Below are positions 9,194-18,750 of a stretch of 64,000 nucleotides of DNA, piece after piece. How positions within the stretch are numbered: the first letter of the stretch is position 1; the number at the start of each line of letters is the position of its first letter. The translations under genes and the position numbers were made by a program. Under the pieces are notes generated by a model. It was not told where the DNA came from. It was given only the letters and a program-made list of their open reading frames with translations, and did not search any database. This DNA comes from Pirellulales bacterium (lineage in GTDB: Bacteria > Planctomycetota > Planctomycetia > Pirellulales > JAICIG01), in the NCBI GenBank assembly GCA_040901675.1, contig JBBDYJ010000030.1, positions 14,324-78,323 on the forward strand, written 5' to 3'.

Positions 9194-10243
9194 TTAACCG
9201 CTTCGAGCGGGCGGCAAGAACGCGACTCGTTTTGGGGCGGCGCCGACCCGGGCCTTGCCCAGGGATCTCAGCTTCCCCTCTGCCGTCATTTCGACCAGTT
9301 GCAAGGTGCCGTCGCCGATGTTGCTCACCAGCACCCGCACCGGGCCGGTCGTCGGGCCGGGAATCCGTTCCACGCAACAGGGCTTGGAGACGCCGGTGAG
9401 GCGGTCGAGGAGCTCGCCGCTGCTCACGTCCACGGCATCGAGGCAGGAATGCCCTTCGTTCGCCCCCAACACGATGTTCGACCGCACGGCTTCGACGCCG
9501 TGGTAGGTGACTTCCTGCGGAGGCGACTGCGGCCCCGGCGGTGCGTGCTCGAAGAGGCGCGTCACCTTGCCCGTCTCGGTCTCCATCTCGAAGAAGCCGT
9601 TCACCCAGAACGAACCGAAGTAGACTTTCGACTCGTCGGGCGAGAAGGTCAGGCTGCGCGGGTTGACGTTGATCTGATGGAACTTGACCAGCTTGCGGCC
9701 GGCCGGGTCGATGATGGCGATGCCGGTGATCTTCTTGCACGTGACGTAGGCGTGCTTTTTGAGCGGCCCATACTTGACGACGTGTGGAGCGCTGCACCCC
9801 TCGATGCGGAAGGCTTCTTGCATCGTGCCGATGTCGATGCCCACCACGTCGTCGCTGTAGAAGTTGGCGACCAGAACGTGCTGGCCGTCGGCGCTGGTGA
9901 TGATGTGGTCGTTGTGCATGGGGCCGATGGGCGTCTTCCCCTTTTGCTTGAAATCGGGGAGCGAGTAGAACTTGACGCACTCTTCGTCCTCGACGCCCAC
10001 GGCCACGGTTTTCCCATCGCGGCTCACGGCGATGCCGTAGGGGCGAGGGCCGACCTCGTACCGCTCGATCTCCTTGAGCGAATCGAGGTCCACCAGCGAT
10101 ACCGAGGCATCCTGCGTATTGACGACAAAGACTTGCTTGGGGGCCGCCTCGCTCGCCGTCTGCGCCACCACCGCGGGCGGAGCCCAGGCCGGGCCACTGG
10201 ACATGAGCACGATCAGGGCGACCCGGTTAAGCCGGAGGTTCAT
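9194..10243 (-). CDS. YncE/YVTN-like beta-propeller protein, secreted
   Basis: VGPRPYGIAVSRDGK-type repeats; AAGGAG RBS before ATG 10243. Confidence 0.82.
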   Translation of the reverse strand: MNLRLNRVALIVLMSSGPAWAPPAVVAQTASEAAPKQVFVVNTQDASVSLVDLDSLKEIERYEVGPRPYGIAVSRDGKTVAVGVEDEECVKFYSLPDFKQKGKTPIGPMHNDHIITSADGQHVLVANFYSDDVVGIDIGTMQEAFRIEGCSAPHVVKYGPLKKHAYVTCKKITGIAIIDPAGRKLVKFHQINVNPRSLTFSPDESKVYFGSFWVNGFFEMETETGKVTRLFEHAPPGPQSPPQEVTYHGVEAVRSNIVLGANEGHSCLDAVDVSSGELLDRLTGVSKPCCVERIPGPTTGPVRVLVSNIGDGTLQLVEMTAEGKLRSLGKARVGAAPKRVAFLPPARSG

Positions 10244-10522
10244 GGCAGTTCTCCTTTCTCGTGTGGAATCCTCGAAATCCCAGTGGACGGCGTGAGGGTC
10301 GTCGGCCGGTTGCAGCCCGGCCGATACAACGGCGAGGACGATTGCCAATGAGCTTAGCATGGCCGAAAACCTCCATCGAGTTGCCGATGCTGTGCTGATC
10401 AGGATAACCCGCTGCAGGCTCTCCGGTCCATTACGGCAGGATTAGAACGCGTTAATATTCCGGGCCGGCTGGCGAGTCCGGCGGCCGGCGCTCAAAATGG
10501 ACGGTCTCAGGAGGGACCGACC

Positions 10523-11197
10523 GTGACTTGCGTGCTCGTTGTCGAAGATCAAAAGCGTTTGCTGGCCAGCCTGCGGCGAGGCCTGGAGGAGGAGCGGTAC
10601 GAGGTGCGGGCCTGTTCCACCGGTGAAGAAGGATACTACGTGGCCACGACCGAGCCGTGCGACGTGATGGTGCTCGATTTGATGTTGCCGGGCAGGAACG
10701 GGCTCGAAGTGCTACGGGATTTGCGGGCGCACGGCTTCGGCAAGCCGGTGCTCATCCTGACGTCACGCGACGCTGTCGAAGACCGGGTGAGGGGGCTCGA
10801 CGCCGGAGCCGACGACTACCTGGTGAAACCCTTCGCATTCGCCGAACTGCTCGCTCGCCTGCGTGCCCACTGCCGGCGGAACGTCGGCGAGCGCGAGCTG
10901 GTGCTGCGGTGCGGCGACTTGCAAATGGATCTTTTGGAGCGGCGGGTGGTCCGCGACGGCACCGAGATTGAGCTGAGCAAGCGGGAGTTCGACTTGTTGG
11001 AGTTCCTCCTGCGGCACAAGAATCAGACGGTCACCCGGGAAATGATCGGCCGTGAGGTCTGGAAGGAACCAGACGGCCTGTGGACCAACGTCATCGAAGT
11101 CTGCATCAACTCGCTTCGAAAGAAGGTCGCGCAGCGGGGGGAATGGCAATTGATCCACACCGTGCGCGGCGTGGGGTATGCCTTGCGAGACCATTGA
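10523..11197 (+). CDS. OmpR-family response regulator (CusR/CzcR-like)
   Basis: VVED, LDLMLP, GADDYLVKPF, IHTVRGVGY. Confidence 0.93.
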   Translation: MTCVLVVEDQKRLLASLRRGLEEERYEVRACSTGEEGYYVATTEPCDVMVLDLMLPGRNGLEVLRDLRAHGFGKPVLILTSRDAVEDRVRGLDAGADDYLVKPFAFAELLARLRAHCRRNVGERELVLRCGDLQMDLLERRVVRDGTEIELSKREFDLLEFLLRHKNQTVTREMIGREVWKEPDGLWTNVIEVCINSLRKKVAQRGEWQLIHTVRGVGYALRDH

Positions 11198-12618
11198 TGA
11201 AGCCTCTGAACGTCCGTTGGAAGCTGACGGTCTGGTACGGGGGAGTGCTGGCGGCCGTGCTGGCGCTGTTCGGCGGCGTGGTGTACGTGGTCATGCGGCA
11301 CCAGTTTCTCGAACGGATCGATCAGGGGTTGGAGGAGGAGTTGTCCGACGTGCTCTCGGAAGTAGAGCGGGCCAAGGACTCGGCCGGCTTGACCGAATGG
11401 TTGAATCGCCGGTTTGCCCACCACGAAGGGTTCGACTTCGAGATCACCGATTCCCGCGGTCGCCCATTCTTCGTCAATCCCCGCATGATCGAGCACTCGT
11501 TGTCCTTCGCCGGTGCTCCCGCCGCCGCGACGCCGCGCTTCGCGAGCTTACAGGCGGGTTCGCCGGCACGGTGGCGTGTCGTCGCCGTGCGAGCAGAAGG
11601 CCCCGAGGGACCGCTCACGATCAAGGTCGGGCGGTCGCTCGCTTCGTTCGATCATGAAATGCGAGAACTGCTATTCACGTTCATCGTCACCGGTCCCATC
11701 ACGCTGCTCATCGCCGTCAGCGGCGGGTATTTCCTTGCCTGCCGGGCACTCAGGCCGGTCAGTAGGATGACGCAGACCGCCCAGCGCATCTCGGCCGACC
11801 GCTTGAACGAGCGGGTGGCCGTGGACAACCCGCACGACGAGCTCGGCACGCTGGCCGAGACGCTCAACGAAATGATCGAGCGACTCGAGCATTCGTTCAC
11901 CGAGATGCGGCGATTCACCGCCGATGCCGCCCACGAGCTGCGGACCCCCTTGGCGGTCATCCGCAGCGAGGCCGAAGTGGCCCTTCGCTCGAGCCGTTCG
12001 GCCGAGGAATATGCTCGTGTGCTGGAGAACCTTCTGGAAGAAGCCAACCGTCTCTCCTCCATGGCCGACCGACTGTTGTTTCTCTGCCGGCAGGACGCCG
12101 GGCTGCAACCGCCGGGCCAGGAGGTGGTCCAGATCGACGAGCTGCTGGCGGACCTCGTCGCGAACCTGCAGTTGGTCGCTCAAGAGAAGGGGGTGGACCT
12201 CGCGCTCGATCGCAATGAGCCGTGCCAACTGCTCGGCGACAGCCGGCAATTCCGTCGCCTGCTCTACAACCTGGTCGACAATGCCATCAAGTACACGGCC
12301 GCGCCGGGGACCGTCTCCCTCGCCAGCCGGAAAGAAAACGGACTGCTGGCGATCGTCGTCGCCGACACGGGGATCGGCATATCGGCGGAGCACCTGCCTC
12401 GCATTTTCGATCGCTTTTACCGGGTGGACCCGGCCCGCTCGGACGAGAATGGGGCCGGGCTTGGGCTTGCGATCTGCCAGTCGCTGGTTCGCGCCATGGG
12501 CGGCACGATTCGGGTCGAGAGCATCGTCGGCCGCGGCACAACCTTCACGGTCGCCTTTTCAATCCCGCGACAAGCCGATTCGTTTCCAGCTCGTTGTCGA
12601 AATGCCAGCACGTTATGA
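11197..12618 (+). CDS. heavy-metal-type sensor histidine kinase (HAMP-HisKA-HATPase)
   Basis: FTADAAHELRTPL, NLVDNAIKY, DTGIG, GAGLGLAI. Confidence 0.93.
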   Translation: MKPLNVRWKLTVWYGGVLAAVLALFGGVVYVVMRHQFLERIDQGLEEELSDVLSEVERAKDSAGLTEWLNRRFAHHEGFDFEITDSRGRPFFVNPRMIEHSLSFAGAPAAATPRFASLQAGSPARWRVVAVRAEGPEGPLTIKVGRSLASFDHEMRELLFTFIVTGPITLLIAVSGGYFLACRALRPVSRMTQTAQRISADRLNERVAVDNPHDELGTLAETLNEMIERLEHSFTEMRRFTADAAHELRTPLAVIRSEAEVALRSSRSAEEYARVLENLLEEANRLSSMADRLLFLCRQDAGLQPPGQEVVQIDELLADLVANLQLVAQEKGVDLALDRNEPCQLLGDSRQFRRLLYNLVDNAIKYTAAPGTVSLASRKENGLLAIVVADTGIGISAEHLPRIFDRFYRVDPARSDENGAGLGLAICQSLVRAMGGTIRVESIVGRGTTFTVAFSIPRQADSFPARCRNASTL

Positions 12619-13175
12619 CTGAACAACGCCGGTATCGCCGGCACCGCATAACGTGGCTGGCCTTGCTCCTCGTCGGCGCTGCGCTTGCCTGGTGCCAAGC
12701 GGTCGGCACGGTTGGAGATATCGATTACCTCGGCACTTGGCGGACCAAAGGGTATGGGTGGCCGTTGATTTATCTTGTGCGGCACCAAGCGACGCTTGCA
12801 CTCGAGCCGAGGCCCATCGACTTCTCGTCCGCGAGCGCGGTGGGCAATGTAGTGTTCAACCTGCTCGTTCTTGTTTGCGTGTTCATTTCGTTTGAAACCC
12901 TGCTCCGGAAGCCAGACAGCAGATTCCAGCTTCAGATTTCGCATCTGTTCGCCATAACGACAGTCATTGCCATCGTGGTCTGGCTGGTTGTCTATGAGCC
13001 GGGAACGTGGCCTTACGGGATTACCGAATCCGGAGGAGCGCGGCTGCGTTGGCATCCATGGCCCGTGCGCGTCCCTATCCTGTTCGGCCTGGGCTGCACT
13101 TTCTATGTGGCCGGTTGGATAATCGCTCGCGCCGCCAGCCGGCTGTGCCATGCCGCGCTGCGTTCCAAATTATAG
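12615..13175 (+). CDS. hypothetical membrane protein
   Basis: MTEQRRY..., four hydrophobic helices, YGWP motif; ATGA overlap with kinase. Confidence 0.7.
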   Translation: MTEQRRYRRHRITWLALLLVGAALAWCQAVGTVGDIDYLGTWRTKGYGWPLIYLVRHQATLALEPRPIDFSSASAVGNVVFNLLVLVCVFISFETLLRKPDSRFQLQISHLFAITTVIAIVVWLVVYEPGTWPYGITESGGARLRWHPWPVRVPILFGLGCTFYVAGWIIARAASRLCHAALRSKL

Positions 13176-13433
13176 GTTAGCGCGCGCCGAATTCAGCCAC
13201 ACGAGCCCAGCCCAGACGATCGATGCCGCGGCCCAGGCGGCCAGGCTGAAGCGGAAGGCGGCGTCGTCCGGCGGAATCAGCGCCCGGCCCAACAGCCAGC
13301 ACGCCGGGGCCAGCGCCACGCAGCCGATGGTAGACCGCCCAAGGGGCGACCTGAGCAGGCAGGCTACGCGCACGGAGAAACCTTCGTTCGCCTCGAGTCC
13401 ACAGAGCGGTGATTTGTATGGGTTCTGATCCAT
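13170..13433 (-). CDS. small membrane protein with NPYxSP motif
   Basis: MDQNPYKSP N-terminus, common in planctomycete membrane proteins. Confidence 0.55.
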   Translation of the reverse strand: MDQNPYKSPLCGLEANEGFSVRVACLLRSPLGRSTIGCVALAPACWLLGRALIPPDDAAFRFSLAAWAAASIVWAGLVWLNSARANL

Positions 13434-13479
13434 GTCCATGCCTGTCAACGCATAAGTGCGGCACGCGGACGCGCCAAGG

Positions 13480-13809
13480 TCATAGATATTCTACGCGGCC
13501 GATCATTTCCTCCGCAGTGTAGCAGGCGTGCAGAAGCAGCAGCATCCGCAGATGCTCGCCGACCGAATACTTGCGCTGGTGACAGAACGCAATGCCGGCG
13601 TGAGCAATTCCCTGGGCGTGAAAGGCGACGAAGTCGTCGTCGTGCGTGACGATCACTAGAGTCTCGGAAAGAGCAAACGACATGTGCTGCGGGTCGTCGG
13701 CGCGAAGCAGCCCTGCGTCAGCGGCGGTCGTGACGTCGATGCCGTGAGCGCGCAATCCCGCGGCCACGCCGGAATGGATATGCTCGTCAAGGTGAAACCG
13801 GATCATCAT
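13480..13809 (-). CDS. DUF5615 PIN-like toxin
   Basis: FHLDEH...GIDV...DD...IVTHDDDF...HAGI. Confidence 0.9.
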   Translation of the reverse strand: MMIRFHLDEHIHSGVAAGLRAHGIDVTTAADAGLLRADDPQHMSFALSETLVIVTHDDDFVAFHAQGIAHAGIAFCHQRKYSVGEHLRMLLLLHACYTAEEMIGRVEYL

Positions 13810-14122
13810 CGGCGGCGCCGCCGTCCCGCAGCAGGGTAAACCGGGTCGCGCCCTGCTGAGCCTCCATGCGAGCGACGAACTCCTCGGCCTGCTTCATCTG
13901 CGCCTCGATGGCGTCGCGATGATCGTGATAGTAAGCCAAGGCCGCGTAGATGTCCGCCAGGCTGAGCTGGCTGAACTCCGCCGCAATCTCGGCGGGGGAG
14001 CGTCCTTCCAGGTCATGCCATACGTGAATGTCCCACACCCGGATCCGGGTGCCGTCCACGCGGGGCTTGCCCCCACAGGTTCCAGGCGTACTGACAATAT
14101 GTTGAATCGCAGTCGGTTCCAT
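13787..14122 (-). CDS. DUF433 antitoxin
   Basis: TPGTCGGKPRVDGTRIRV...LADIYAALAYY. Confidence 0.92.
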   Translation of the reverse strand: MEPTAIQHIVSTPGTCGGKPRVDGTRIRVWDIHVWHDLEGRSPAEIAAEFSQLSLADIYAALAYYHDHRDAIEAQMKQAEEFVARMEAQQGATRFTLLRDGGAADDDPVSP

Positions 14123-14173
14123 CTCGCCAATTATACCACATCGCGGGAAACACCACTGATGGATAAAACTCTC

Positions 14174-15709
14174 TCAGAACGGCAGCGCCTCTCCGCCCGT
14201 CCGGGAGGCCATCGCTTCGGCCAGTTGCCGCACTTGCCGGTCGAGGTCGGCGCACTGCCCGCCCAGCACCGGGTGGTCGGCGGCCACGGCAGCCAGCTCG
14301 TCGCAAAATCGCTGAACGACCGGCTCCAGCAGGCCGCCCTCCGGATTTCCGACGGCCTCGCGCAGGTTGCCGAAGTGCCGGTTCAGCGATTCGACCCACG
14401 GCTGGCCGGCCGGCAGCTCTTTCAACTTCAACCCCAGCTCGGAAAGGTGGGCGGCGATCCCCAGTAGCGCCAGCTCCGGCGAGCCGGCCGCCAGGTCGGC
14501 AGCGGAGAAACTTTGTTGCCACGTTTCGCTGGAGACATCCTGCCCCTTGGCGGCGCTGCGGGCCGCCCACTCGGCGTTGAATTTGCGGTTGAACTCCTCC
14601 ATCTCCAGCCGCTCGGCCTCCCACTCGTCGCGCGAGAGGTGAAACGCAAACGGAAACTCGTCGTCCATGTTGCAGCCGTCCAGGTGCACGAAGCAGGGGC
14701 CGAGATCGTCGGCCATCATCTGGCACATCGGACAATCGTCGTCGATCATCGCCTCGGCCCCCGAGACCGCCAGCGGGATGCGCCGCCGCTCCAGCTCGAT
14801 TACCTCCAGCGGCGTCAACCCCTGCACGCGCGGCGTGTCGAGCCACTGCCGCCGCGCCTCTTCCAGGCGGGCGGCCAGCTCAGCCGCGTCGGCAGCCGGC
14901 TGCCCTGCCTCGCTGTACAACCATTGCCGGGCCGACTCCAACACGTGCCGCAGCAGCTCGTAATACAGGACCACTTCGTGCGTGCCGCAGCCGCCGTAGC
15001 GATAGGCGGCCGACTCCAGCGGCAGTCCCGGCGGCGCGGCGCCGAGCTTCGACCAGGTGAGGGCCTGGTCCTCCAGGTCCCAGACAATCGCCCGGCGCCG
15101 CTCCAGCAGCAGCTCGCGCGAAGTCCGGCCGCCGAGATCGTCGCGAGGCGTCATCAGCCAGGCGGCATGGATTGCGGCGATCGACGCGTCGGTCCAATCG
15201 GCCCGCGCCGCCAGGCACTGCTGGGCGAGATGGCCTGCCACTTTGCCGTACAGGACCGCGCGGAAATCGAGCGGCGGCTGCGCCAAGCGCTCTGCCCGCC
15301 GCTGGCCCGCCAGGCTGCTCCAGCCCTCCATGCCGGTGATCAGCCACGCGTCGGAAAGGTGGTATCTAAGGTGGATATCGTCCGGCGAGCTGGGATCATG
15401 GTAGCTGACCGCTCCCTCTTGCTCTGGCGGCGGCCCCCAGGTCGACTCCCAGGCCGCCAGCCGTGCCGCCAGGTCGATGACGCACACGCCTCCGTCCCAC
15501 GGCTCGTCGCAGACGCCGGACGACCATCCCTCGAAGAAGCCGCGCGTGCCGTCGCGGCGGACATAGCGCTCGATGGCCGCGTCCAGATCGGCCAGCGACT
15601 CCGGGTCGGCCGCCAGTGCCGCCACGGCCGCATCGGCCAATTCGCCGTGCACGCGGGCATGGCGTGCCTCGTTGGCATCGACAATCGACAGCGTCATCTG
15701 GTCGCCCAT
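14174..15709 (-). CDS. conserved hypothetical protein with two MbcA/ParS/Xre-like motifs and CxxC
   Basis: WLMTPRDDLGGRTSRELL, WLDTPRVQGLTPLEVI, DDCPMC; GGAGG RBS. Confidence 0.75.
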   Translation of the reverse strand: MGDQMTLSIVDANEARHARVHGELADAAVAALAADPESLADLDAAIERYVRRDGTRGFFEGWSSGVCDEPWDGGVCVIDLAARLAAWESTWGPPPEQEGAVSYHDPSSPDDIHLRYHLSDAWLITGMEGWSSLAGQRRAERLAQPPLDFRAVLYGKVAGHLAQQCLAARADWTDASIAAIHAAWLMTPRDDLGGRTSRELLLERRRAIVWDLEDQALTWSKLGAAPPGLPLESAAYRYGGCGTHEVVLYYELLRHVLESARQWLYSEAGQPAADAAELAARLEEARRQWLDTPRVQGLTPLEVIELERRRIPLAVSGAEAMIDDDCPMCQMMADDLGPCFVHLDGCNMDDEFPFAFHLSRDEWEAERLEMEEFNRKFNAEWAARSAAKGQDVSSETWQQSFSAADLAAGSPELALLGIAAHLSELGLKLKELPAGQPWVESLNRHFGNLREAVGNPEGGLLEPVVQRFCDELAAVAADHPVLGGQCADLDRQVRQLAEAMASRTGGEALPF

Positions 15710-15759
15710 GGTTTCCCTCCGCAATTTGGCGTAAAAAGCCGGCCCGCCCCAGCGCCCGC

Positions 15760-15894
15760 AGGCAGGGATTCGGCGAGCCTCCAAGGCGATCCACCCTTAA
15801 TACGTCTCGATTTCCGCCGGCTCGACGCCGAGCACCTTGGCAATGGTCGAAAGCGTCTTGCCGTGCACCGAGTTCACCTTGCCCTGTTCGATCC
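15760..15894 (-). repeat. diverged ~135-bp duplicate of 16070-16204 (3' end of the HTH gene plus trailer)
   Basis: Encodes IEQGKVNSVHGKTLSTIAKVLGVEPAEIETY*; copies are 310 bp apart. Confidence 0.9.
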
Positions 15895-16106
15895 CAGACA
15901 CGGCCGGATCTTCGAGCCCGTGCGATCGCTATACGGGTAGTCGACGAGAACGACGTCGGCTCGGCGGACTCTCATTGCTGTCGCCGGCGGGCCTCATCGT
16001 AGTCATCGTAGGCGTCCATTGCCGCATCGTCCCAGCCGGCGCGCCGCCCTGCCTCCCGCAGCACGGCGGAGGCAGGGATTCGGCGAGCCTCCAAGGCGAT
16101 CCACCG

Positions 16107-16898
16107 TTAATAGGTCTTGATTTCCGCGGGCTCGACGCCGAGCACCTTGGCAATGGTCGAAAGCGTTTTGCCGTGCACCGAGTTCACCTTGCCCTGTTCA
16201 ATCCTGGCCAGCGTCTTGGCTGCAAGCGGCGCGAAGTCCTCGCGCCGGAGTCCTCGCTGTTTTCGTAAACGGCGGATCGAGGCGCCCAATGTCCGTTCCG
16301 ACTGCAGACGCTCCTTGGTCTTCCTCCGGCGGTATGCCGGATCAAGCTCGTACAGAATCGCGTCGCCGGCGGCTTCGTAGTTCCCCAAGCGAATCGTATG
16401 TCCATAGTCCGTTACGGCGAAGTCCTCGAAATCCGGGGAGATCTTGTCGCCCGATGGCGGGAAGGCCGAGAAAGGCACCACCAACGAGTCGAGATTGCCC
16501 CGCCACAACGAAACCGTCTCGCTTGCTCGATCCACCGTGCCGCCGATAAACAGATCACCCCGGTTCCTGGCCGCCAGAACTTCCGCAAGCTCCTCACTCG
16601 GCAGAAAGCTGCCCATGGAGCCGAATGCGATGCGCTCAAAGCAATCCGCCAGTGCGGCCAGTGTCTCGACGGGGGGCTTGTACAGCAGCACGGCCCGCCC
16701 CAGCCGTCTCGTCGGCCAATGCACCGACTTCAACAATTGCGCCACCAGGCCCTGGTCGTCGCTGATCCACAGCGTGTCCCTTCCCACCTCCGGCAGAGAG
16801 GCGCGAATCTGGGCCCTGGACGAAACGGCCTTCGGTTCAAGGGCTCCAAATCGCTTGGCCCTTTTACGTGGCGTCAACAGAATTGTGTTCTTCGTCAT
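16107..16898 (-). CDS. DUF2442-like + C-terminal XRE HTH protein (putative antitoxin)
   Basis: DFAVTDYGHTIRLGNYEAAGDAILYE followed by LGASIRRLRKQRGL...LARIEQG. Confidence 0.75.
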   Translation of the reverse strand: MTKNTILLTPRKRAKRFGALEPKAVSSRAQIRASLPEVGRDTLWISDDQGLVAQLLKSVHWPTRRLGRAVLLYKPPVETLAALADCFERIAFGSMGSFLPSEELAEVLAARNRGDLFIGGTVDRASETVSLWRGNLDSLVVPFSAFPPSGDKISPDFEDFAVTDYGHTIRLGNYEAAGDAILYELDPAYRRRKTKERLQSERTLGASIRRLRKQRGLRREDFAPLAAKTLARIEQGKVNSVHGKTLSTIAKVLGVEPAEIKTY

Positions 16899-17187
16899 CG
16901 TCCTTTACCTGAACGCTTGAAACCGGATTATCGGGATACTTGGCGTCCCACTGCCGGCACAGCCATTCCCAGTTGCCCTTCTCTCGAATCACTTCGAGCA
17001 GCTCGTCGGGTACTTCAGACGGCTTGGGACGTCTGTCCATGAATCCGCCCGTGCGCAGATTGATCCGCCACTTGTCAGTTCCTCGGAGAATCGAGACGTG
17101 TGGCGGCTCCCTCGTTTCCTTCTCCTGAATCTTCACCTTCCAGCGGGCCTTGCTCAGCGATTTCGGCAGCGGCAGCTCGATCGGCAC
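16864..17187 (-). CDS. DUF4160-like small protein (putative toxin)
   Basis: KVKI...EPPHVSI...WRINL...W pattern; overlaps partner gene. Confidence 0.65.
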   Translation of the reverse strand: MPIELPLPKSLSKARWKVKIQEKETREPPHVSILRGTDKWRINLRTGGFMDRRPKPSEVPDELLEVIREKGNWEWLCRQWDAKYPDNPVSSVQVKDDDEEHNSVDAT

Positions 17188-17308
17188 CCGTCACCTCCGA
17201 AACCCCGGCCCCTCAAGGATATGTCCCTTTTTTAATGTTGTCAATACAGGCCATTTCTTGGGAGCCGCCTACCCAGCCCGCGCCTGCATGGACAGAGCCA
17301 GCCTGCTG

Positions 17309-18739
<1,431 letters not shown>

Positions 18740-18750
18740 GGCACGATCCC

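Noticed and set aside
8397..9980. 527-aa ORF suggesting a large SOD fusion
   Set aside because: The upstream part is an off-frame overlap of the beta-propeller gene; the real start is the Tat signal at 9134
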